Assembly (NCBI GenBank): GCA_977030845.1
Contig: OZ365110.1
Coordinates: 20,088,001 to 20,152,000, forward strand
Direction: 5' to 3'
DNA length: 64,000 bases
Source of the DNA: Fimbriosthenelais zetlandica
Lineage: Eukaryota
Positions 25,301-34,276 of this stretch are shown piece after piece. Under the pieces are notes generated by a model. The model worked only from the letters and a program-made list of their open reading frames with translations. It had not been told where the DNA came from and did not search any database. Positions within the stretch are counted from its first letter, which is position 1. Each line of letters opens with the position of its first letter. A program made the translations under genes and the position numbers.

Positions 25301-26427
25301 CCGAAACTAGCCGGAGTAGCCTAGGCTAGGGCCGACTGGATTTGCCTTCCAATCAATATTGAAAAATATTCAGCGCCCCCCACCCCTCGATCCCTTCAGC
25401 AACTCAAACGAAAGAAATGCCCAAATCAACAATGCTTTTCGGTAGGCCTATAAATGTGTGGCGATCCAAGAAGCAGCGAAAAATGACACTTTGATCATTG
25501 TAGAATAGTTTACCTTTCTGCCGCTCTCGGGTCGCCTCAGTCGCGCTGGCTTGCTCTTCCATAGAGTCCAATGCTAAAGCCTCAAATTGGCACCATTTTC
25601 AGAAATCGAAATTTTAAATTAATTTTAGTTGCACAAAAAATACATAGATACCTGGAGGTGCGTCCAACTAAGAATAATCCGTTTGAATTGTAAATTTAGA
25701 CCAATTATTTACAAAGTTATTCAACTTTTTCGACTTTTAGTGAGAGGGCGCTGTTAAGGTTTTTAAAAGGCCAAATTATAGGCCTGTATAAGCAAGGCCG
25801 ATTTACCAACTTTGCAGAAATCAGTGTTATCCTCGTTTTATGTCTCTGTTCTTTTGATATTAATCAATAGAGGTCATAAGTCATACATAACCGTGGTTTT
25901 GTGTAAAATTAACACATATTAAGTAGAGAAAGAGCCGATTGGAGTGGGCTGGCAAACCGGCTCTGTGGCACACATTCATGTAATCGTGAGTGACTTTTAA
26001 CATTGCGCCTATGGGTGGTGCACTTTTGATGAAAACAAGGGATTTAGACAGGTTAGAACCATAGAATCGGGCTGGATTTTTGGGAGGGAGTTGGGATGGG
26101 TGCCGAGAGTTGACATGTAGGTTGGGGTGGAGGTGGGGGGCCGGGGAGGGGTCCGGGGGGCTCAATAATTTTTAACATTGGAGCCTATGGGCAGTACCTA
26201 CACAGTGGGCTCTTCCAAGTAATTTTGACAGGTTAGCTGTTTCAAATCGGGCTGGATTTTTTTGGATGTTGATGGCAGGAGCTCTAGGGGTAGACATGCG
26301 GGTTGGGGTGGAGACTGGGGGACCGGAAGGGGTCCGGGGGTCAAAATAATTGTAAACATTGTGATCCAGCTTTGCCCTCGGCAGGGTGTAATGAAGCGAC
26401 CTGAGAGACTGGCGGCTGTGTGGGACA

Positions 26428-26485
26428 GGTAAACTAGAGGTAAGACACTCGCCTGGAAAGCAAGCGACCGGGGTTCGTTTCTCCG
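26428..26485 (+). pseudogene. tRNA-derived (SINE-head-like) cassette in the left arm
   Basis: agaggtaagaca CTCGC ctggaaa GCAAG cgac CGGGG ttcgttt CTCCG: anticodon and T arms resemble tRNA-Asp/Gly; B-box-like GGTTCGTTTC; T6 run at 26498-26503. Confidence 0.7.
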
Positions 26486-26700
26486 TTGCACACTGTCTTT
26501 TTTGTTCGTTAGAGGTTAGGTAAAAAGGGGGACAGAAAGGGGGCGGTGGGGGGGGGGGGGTAGTTAGGATTTACAAGAGCAAGTGTTGAGGATGTTGCCA
26601 ATATAGATTGACCCATGTTTTCGCCATGGGTGTTTAACTTCATTCAATAATTTAATTCACTTAAGCCTAAGGCACGGAGCAGAAAAACGGTTAGGTAGGC

Positions 26701-26767
26701 AGGGAAGTGAACCCCGGTCTCTCGTGTTCCAGGCGAGTGTCTTACCTCTACACTACATGTTCCTGGC
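26701..26767 (-). pseudogene. tRNA-derived cassette in the right arm
   Basis: Minus strand tagtgtagaggtaagaca CTCGC ctggaac ACGAG agac CGGGG ttcactt CCCTG: A-box-like TAGTGTAGAGG; D, anticodon and T arms can pair but the acceptor stem cannot; T5 run at 26683-26687. Confidence 0.7.
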
Positions 26768-27760
26768 GTACGGGTCACTGCAACATACATACCACTTCAA
26801 ATTTAGCCTGAACCGCCCAGGACAAGGCTGAAACACAATAATTATGTATAATTTCTTTGACACCCGGACCCCTCCCCGGCCCCAACCTCCACTGAAATCC
26901 CCATGTCTACCCCCAGCATTCCCATCAACTCCCATCAAAACCCCAGCACGATTAGAATCGGCTAACATGTCAAAATCGATTGGAATTGCCCACTGTGTAG
27001 GTACTGCTCATAGGCTCCAATGCTAAAAATTATTTAGCCCCCCGGACCCCTCCCCTGCCCCCAATCTCCACCCCCTCCAGCATGTCTACCCTCAGCACCC
27101 CAACCAACCCTCTCCAAAAAATCGGGCCCGATCCTATAATTCTAACCTGTCTAAATCCATTGGATTCGGCAAAAGTGTCCCGTCCATAGGCCCAATGTTA
27201 AAAATCACTCACGATTACATGGATGTGTGCTACAGAGCCGGTTTCACAGTCCACTCCAATCGGATTTTTCTCTGTCTGATACATATTATTTCCACTTAAG
27301 CCCATGGTTACGTATAGCTTATGACCTCTACTGATAAACCCCAAAAGAGAGGAAACAAAAAACTACGAAAACCCCGATTTTTGCAAAGTTGACAAATCGG
27401 CCTTGCATATACAGGCTTATAATTTGGCCTTTTAAAAACCTGAACAGCGCCCTCTCACTAAAAGTCGAAAAAGTTGAATATCTTGGTAGATAATGGGTCT
27501 AAAATTACAATTCAAACGGATTATTCTTAGTTGGAAGCACCTCCAGGTATCTATGTGTTTTTTGTGCAACTAAAATTAATTTAAAATTACGATTTCTGAA
27601 AATGATGCCAATTTGAGGCTTTAGCATTGGACTCTATGGAAGAGCAAGCCAGTGCGACTGAAGCGACCCGAGATTTTGCAGCGGCAGAAAGGTGAACTAT
27701 TCTACTATGATCTACCCAACGCACCGAGAAGGCAGTAGTCAGTATAGAGCATTGGCTAGG

Positions 27761-27930
27761 TCATGGTTACAGTAGTTCACCATTTCGCTGCTAGAAATCT
27801 CGGGTCACATCCGTCCCGCTAGCTTGCTCCTTCCATAAAGAACTCAAATTTATACCATTTTCAAAATCTTAAATTGTAAACCAATTTTTTCGCTTAGTTT
27901 GTAATTTTAGACTCCTTCTAGGAAATCGAG
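27761..27930 (+). mobile_element. Further diverged copy of the foldback element terminus; another fragment lies near 28465-28500
   Basis: taggtcatggttacagtagttcaccatttcgctgctagaaatctcgggtc...agcttgctccttccataaag resembles the left-arm start and is inverted relative to 27630-27714. Confidence 0.6.
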
Positions 27931-29953
27931 CTGCAATGGATCATGGGAGGACGTACAGTTGGAGAAAAAATTGGCCAGAAATAGTCTTAACGTTTTTAAC
28001 GCTTCAGTGGTCAGAGAAGAGGCCACGGGCGGGAGGTTAGGCCTACCAGAGCCGTGCAGAGGGGCACTGAAGGGGGCGGCATTGGACACAGAGAAGGGAG
28101 ATCGCGCCGAGAACGAAGAGAAGAAAAAGAAAGGTAGAAGGAGTGATAAAGTGTACTATCACACTATGGAACTAATTAATAAAATTGATTTAGAGCAATT
28201 TTGAGCGTGTTCCAATTTTTTGGGGATTTTTAAAGGAATTGTTTCAACACCAGGGGCTTTAGACATTGATCAGAACTCTGGTGGAGAATAGTGGTTTCAG
28301 ACGCCACTGAGGGCGCCATTGTGCCGACAATTTAGGTTTTACCTAAGCCTTTAATTCCTGGGCTTAGCCTTGTTCCGCCACTGCCGGGCGCCGCCAGCGG
28401 CACCTATACGGCAGGCGGGAACCAAGCTATTGCGTGACTTTGGACTGGCAAACTTGAACCTCTTAAAAATGCATCATTTTTGAAAATCGAAATTTTTAGA
28501 GGCATTTTTCGCATTCATTACCTATACCACCCGCTAGAGACTTTCTCAACTAAGATTTTTCATTTTGAATTTTGGAAGAAGACCTTGTGGTTGCCGAGAT
28601 ATTAGAGATTTTCGAATTCAGAGTCGTGACACAGATTGTTCACGTCCTTGTCCGACGGAAAATGACACCCTCCTCTATTTCATGTTTAGCTTTATTCCAG
28701 TCGTGAGCGGCGGAAGTGTGCGGGCGCCTGACCAGGGCAGATGCGCAATGAAGCATGAAACAATAATAGCAGCAAGCTTTACTGTTTTTATTTAATTCTG
28801 AGCTGTACAAAGTGGAATTTAGCGGGAGGTTAGGCTATACATCCAAGGTTTAGAATATATGTGTATTTGCCAGCCTTTATTATCCAGATATGACGGACAG
28901 AAGAGTTTATAAAGATTGTTAGAATGAGAAGGAGGTGCTATTTTCATGTCCCTCGCTGGTCAGTGACAGTGAGTGCTTGGCGGTGGTCAGCTGTGTTTAC
29001 TTGTTGGCCCTACTATACACCCGAGGACGAAGTGGGACCATTACCATGTCTTGGACAAAATGGCAGCATCTGGGAAGAATAGATAAAAATGTATTAGACC
29101 CAAGGATTTTAAAAGGTGAGGGAGGTGCGCAAGATGTAGTTGGAGATATTTTCAACAATATTAAGAGTTCAAAATGGATGCCTATAATCTGTATTTGGAA
29201 TAAAAACTATCATCGAAAATCTGGAGTGGGTGTGTGTGTGTTGGGGTTGGGGGTGCAGACCACCTACAACCCCCTGTATCCGCCCCTACTTCGATTATCT
29301 CGATTTCATGAAAAGGAATACATTAAATAAATCGTGAAACTCGCAGCTACATGTATACCTACAGAAACTTCTCATGCCTACTACATTCTGAAGACCACGA
29401 GCCCACCTCACCTTTTTTAACGGAAAATTATAGGACATTGGAAAAATGGACTTGGTGTACCTTGAATTGGCTGAAAAATAAAATTAAAAAGCGTGAATAA
29501 ATTTGTCAACTCTTTTCTCTCTTTTCATATTTATTTACTCGCAATTAAATTAGTTTAATATACATTTTCACGGAGTTAAACAGTTAAAGTGTTTGAGTCT
29601 CCAATTGTAACATTAACCAGGAGAAACCTGTGTGATAAAGAAACAAATATAATTGGCCGCCTGAAAATATATTGTAGAAATGGAATTGGTACAAATAGAA
29701 GGCTTATTAAACTTAAAAAAAACAAAAAAAACATTCACATACAGGTGAGAGTAGGCCCTATCAGGTTTTTTTTAATTTAATTTTTAATTTAATTGATTTA
29801 ACACAATAAAAATTTCTTAAATCTATATGAGATAAAAATTTCTTAAATCTGTATTTCTGAAATCTCTATATAAGTTACTTTATCATAAATCAAAGTGTAG
29901 TGGGGATGCGAAGAATGACCAATATTCACCCATTTTGTTTGTTGTTGTGATAG

Positions 29954-31593
29954 GTTCCTAGCGGCTCCTGTGGGCACACATTGGTACCACCGTCATTACG
30001 GGAATCAGCGCAGTCAGGGCGCAGCATCCTAGATAAAAACATTGATCATGAACACAGTTAACTGGTAACGCTATACTATCACATAGAATAGTTATATCAG
30101 AATACTCTTTTTTTTACTATTAATTTTTATAGGGCCTGTTAATAGAGCATACTGTAGTTCATAAAATAACTCCTACCATGATGTCCTTTACCATTCATGA
30201 CCATGATGTCCATTGATTTGTTGAGTTCTTGACCATGATGTCCATGAGCACGCAATGTCCGTGACCATGTTGGTATCTGTATGGGAAGAAAATTTACATA
30301 AATTATTAATTTCATTTACAATAATTATATTCTGCCATTTTCAGGATCCATTGCCCATCTTTGATCAGGATTTTTACATGGTCATTCAGGATTGGTGGAG
30401 AGAGAGGAATGCAGAGATCTTTATCATTATCCAGATAGCATACGGTGCTGTCAAGTAAGAATGTTTTAAAGTCATTTACTAAATATTTAAAAATCTCCTG
30501 ACACGCTTAAACCATACAGCTATACATATAGGCCTACGTCTAATTAGCCCCTTTCTATATATAACTATCTCCCTTCCTCTCTCCCACACCCTCCTCCCTC
30601 AGTCGCCCATTTCTACTGCAATCTCCCTGTCCCCTCTCCCACACCCATCTATCTAATTCGCCCCTTTCGACAGCTATCTCCCTCCCTCAACCCTAATCTG
30701 CACCTTTCTTCAGCTATCCTCTCCAGTCCCTCTCATCCTCTTTCATACTCCCTGACTCCTTTATGGCTCGCCCCTGTCTACAGCTGTCTCCCTCTCCCTC
30801 CCACACACCTCGCTAACTTGCCCCTTTCTACAGCTGTCTCCCTCCCTCTCACACACCTCTCTAACTTGCCCCTTTCTACAGCTGTCCCCTTCCCTCCCCT
30901 CTAACTCGCCCCTTTCTACAGCTGTCTCCCTCCCTCCCACACGCCTCTCTAACTTGCCCCTTTCTACAGCTGTCTCCCTCCCTCCCACACTGCTTTCTAA
31001 CTCGGTCCTTTCTACAGCTGTCTCCCTCCCTCCCACACTGCTTTCTAACTCGGTCCTTTCTACAGCTGTCTCCTTCCCTCCCCTCTAACTCGCCCCTTTC
31101 TACAGCTGTCTCCTTCCCTCCAACACACCTCTCTAACTTGCCCCTTTCTACAGCTGTCTTCCTCCCTCCCACACTGCTTTCTAACTCGCCCCTTTCTACA
31201 GCTGTCTCCTTCCCTCCCCTCTAACTCGCCCCTTTATACAGCTGTCCCCTTCCCTCCCCTCTAACTCGCCCCTTTATACAGCTGTCCCCTCCCCTCTAAC
31301 TCGCCCATTTCCACAGCTGTCCCCTTCCCTCCCCTCTAACTCGCCCCTTTCCACAGCTGTCCCCTTCCCTCCCCTCTAACTCGCCCCTTTCCACAGCTGT
31401 CTCCTTCCCTCCCCTCTAACTCGCCCCTTTCTACAGGTTCTACCTCGTCCACATGATCACTGGACTGGAGTCACAGCTCCCTTATAGATCTCGTCCCCAT
31501 GATCAATGGAATGGAGTCACAACTCCCTTACTCACCCTTCCACCTCCAAATCATTCCCGATGTCTTTTTGAAAGGAATTCATTATTATATTAA
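29954..31593 (+). other. Candidate unannotated spliced transcript (exons 29954-30064, 30345-30454, 31437 to at least 31593)
   Basis: Acceptors gttgtgatag|, ccattttcag| and cccctttctacag|; donors CTG|GTAACG and CAA|GTAAGA. Exons 2 and 3 join in an open frame ending at TAA 31591-31593; exon 1 has stops in all three frames. Confidence 0.3.
30541..31436. repeat. C/T-rich minisatellite with variant units of about 35-50 bp
   Basis: Core CTAACTCGCCCCTTTCTACAGCTGTCTCCYTCCCTCCC(ACAC...); 15 CAGCTG-containing units at 30781-31400 plus degenerate copies upstream. Confidence 0.97.
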
Positions 31594-32099
31594 AAAAAAA
31601 TCATGGCCAGCTACAGGTAGAGCTGTACCTGAACATGGTATAAAACTCCACAAAACAAGCTGACGGTGTGGTCAGTGCCAAATATTATACCTCTACAGTA
31701 ACGTTCCAAGGAGGTTCAGGTGGATGACATGAGGATTTTTAATATTCCACAGTTCCTGGTAACGGCGACTTGATAGTGAAGAACTGGTTTTATAAGTCCT
31801 GGAACACGGCACTGCCGCAGTGACTGAAGCCCTCCCCAAGTGCAAGTACATGTAGCCTATGCCAAAGGGCAGCAAGGTCAAGGATGGTTGACCTCCGACA
31901 GCATATTATTAATTAAACCGTTGCACAAGTGTTTCTGCGCTTGAAATGAGAATCTTAATGACCAAAATATGTAGGTACAGTCTCTGTTTTACATTTCACC
32001 AGCAGGAAAATTAACATCTCTCAGAGATCAAGGCGATTGCAGGGAGGTCGTCTGGGATCAACTTGACATGCCCGTATGGGCGATAATAGGGTATTGTTG

Positions 32100-32400
32100 A
32101 CGTCTGAGCCATATTCGTCTTCGCGCCTCTGATTGGCCATACGCCCGGAGTCGATCAGCTAATCAGAAGGCGGTTTAATGACCGAGGCCATGGTTCATAC
32201 TTTTCTCGGGTGGGGCGTCTGTGGTCGTTTCCCGCCAAAATAGACGATGATCGTAGAATGCCGAGAGGCGCGAAATTTGAACTGATAACGTTCAAAACAG
32301 CGAGTACGATTGGCTAGCCAGAGATCTCGCGAATACTGGAGATGTTTCCGGTTGGAGCTTCCAGTTTAATCCCGGTTGGAGATGTCCTCTTCTATAGAAT
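32100..32400. promoter_or_regulatory. CpG-rich promoter-like element (E2F and NF-Y motifs)
   Basis: ATTGG at 32132 and 32309; TTTCCCGC 32228-32235; GCGCGAAA 32268-32275; TCTCGCGA 32325-32332; locally high CpG density. Confidence 0.55.
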
Positions 32401-33994
32401 ACTTATAGAAGCTTCTGCTTAGCCCTAAATATCATTCACTGCCTCATATTAAAATAAAATAGTAACTTGTTCCCCTTAATCAGCCTACATGTAGCCTATC
32501 TAAATAATATGGTATTGTCTTCTAATGCCTAGGCCTATCCTAATATGGTAGGCCTCCATGTAGGCTTATTTGCCAAATCTATGGTATAATTTGTCTTCGA
32601 TGTTTGTCTTGGGTTCGATAGTTCTATTCTAGAACCTGGAAACGTCTATATCTGGCAGTTCAGCCGCGGATTTAATTAAGGGTGGTGCGTGAGCCCCCAC
32701 CGCTTTCTTTTCAAAATCAAGCTACCTTTCAAAATGAAAGGTGTCCGACTAGCATAACACCCTTTGGAAGGTATTATTCTAGTACAATGATCCATGATGT
32801 AAGTCCAACTGCCATGCGTATAGCTTACACCGACCATAATTGTAGTAGTGTACGCCTAACATATGGCTGTGATAGCCTATGTCCCGACTCCGGTGACTTG
32901 ACAATCGCTGCCCTCACCTCACTTTCCTCCGCTACTATAGGGATAAAGTCGGTAGAGGACCCACACCTGATGACCTCACGTGGGTACACCCAATGATACC
33001 TGCTTTATAATCGGTATTCAACATACTGTACATCCCGTACTAGATGCATGGCTGATGCAATTATTATCACTAAATAATATCCGGTAGGCCTAAAACAATA
33101 TTTGCGTTAAAATAGGCCATGTCTATAATCAACTGGCCTATAATAAGACCCACGGATTCTTTATTACCAAACAAATTAGACTTTAATAATTTATCAGGGA
33201 GCAGAAGAAAAAATATTAAATTTGAATTAAAAAATATATTAGTCTAAATCTCCATTATAAAATCGTGTAAGGAAGTACATACCTGGCCTGGAGACTGGTT
33301 GGGAGTTGTTTGTGACGTTGAACTCTCTCCCGTGCCCTCAGGTTCACCCTAGGCGGTTATCCCCTGACAAATATAGAAGCACATTGGCAGACTATGTAGG
33401 CCTACCGCTAACTATTGTTCCGTAAACAGTGGGAGTGGGGACAATGTGTATGGGAAAATGACTGGTCAGCAAACTTTTCATCTCACAAATAATTTACTTC
33501 TGGATATCTTACTTATTTCACCTATGATATAGGTCTATTAGAATACATGTAACTTAGGCCTAAATTTCTAGATTACAAAATTTAGTAGAAAACTATGTTT
33601 GACTATTATAAAGACAATATATCTCGTGAGCCCAGACCATGTTCATGAACGTGCAACGGGCTAAAAATATCGAAATAGCGTACAGAGAATTACGTAATAA
33701 TGATTATAGAACAGAAAGGGTTGCATTCTGTGCATTCTATTACCAAAAGCATGACTTGAGCCGTCTCTAAAATGCCTAATTATAGGCCTATCAGTATATG
33801 TGGTAAGAATCGCTGATCTACCACGTTACCTACTGCTATAGCCTATACTTATTTCAGAACGAATATGTACAATTGAAAGAAACAAAAATATTGGGTATAA
33901 ATAAGTATCCATAGCAATTCCTCAGTTGGACTTCATAGCATTCTTACTGCCAGATAATTTCTGACATTTTAATGGTGTTTACTATTTCACCATA

Positions 33995-34008
33995 AGGTCA
34001 AAGGGTCA
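33995..34008 (+). promoter_or_regulatory. DR2 nuclear-receptor element (RARE-like) in the CYP26 proximal promoter
   Basis: AGGTCA aa GGGTCA about 270 bp upstream of the inferred ATG; TATA-like TATAACTAAA at 34031; octamer ATGCAAAT at 34105-34112. Confidence 0.6.
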
Positions 34009-34276
34009 TGGCTTGTAAAGCCTGGTGGGTTATAACTAAAATTATTCCCCACTAGTGAACAACCCACCCCAAACCCTCCCAGTGAACCTATAGCCTTTAT
34101 TCTTATGCAAATTAGACGATGAGTAGCAGAAGCTCAATGAGAAGCGTGCAGGAAAATACTTAAAATCGATTCCTCATCGAATATAGCTCATTTTCATGAA
34201 ACCAATTGAAAGGAGACGTTGACCAGTAGCAGGAGAAAGTGACAAGGAGAAAAGGAAGAAGACATTCGCACTGAAG

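Larger units (their letters stand above)
25491..27714. mobile_element. Foldback / non-autonomous DNA-transposon-like element with roughly 1-kb inverted arms
   Basis: 25493 to about 26490 is the diverged reverse complement of about 26690-27712 (e.g. attcaactttttcgacttttagtgagagggcgctg versus cagcgccctctcactaaaagtcgaaaaagttgaat). Each arm has an internal ~180-bp tandem duplication with G-runs. No ORF and no clear target-site duplication. Confidence 0.8.

Noticed and set aside
25514-25562. Minus-strand exon MEEQASATEATRERQK G|GTAAAC as a BBIP1 coding exon
   Set aside because: The phase-1 end gives an immediate stop (GAT GAG TGA) when joined at 24602, and the sequence is part of the repeat arm, mirrored at 27636-27692.
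25735-25755. CTCF sites (AGAGGGCGCTG here, at 27446 and at 28300)
   Set aside because: Only the 3' half of the motif matches, or the spacing is off by one base.
26428-26767. Functional tRNA genes (GGA anticodon)
   Set aside because: The acceptor stems do not pair, the T-loops deviate and both copies sit in a repeat; kept as tRNA-derived cassettes.
30541-31436. CRISPR array, or coding ORFs 30761-31036 and 30876-31172
   Set aside because: There are no unique spacers or cas genes and the context is eukaryotic; the ORFs merely translate the minisatellite.
33276-33400. U1 snRNA-like start (ATACCTGGC)
   Set aside because: The similarity stops after 9 nt; it is better explained as the complement of a minus-strand 5' splice site.
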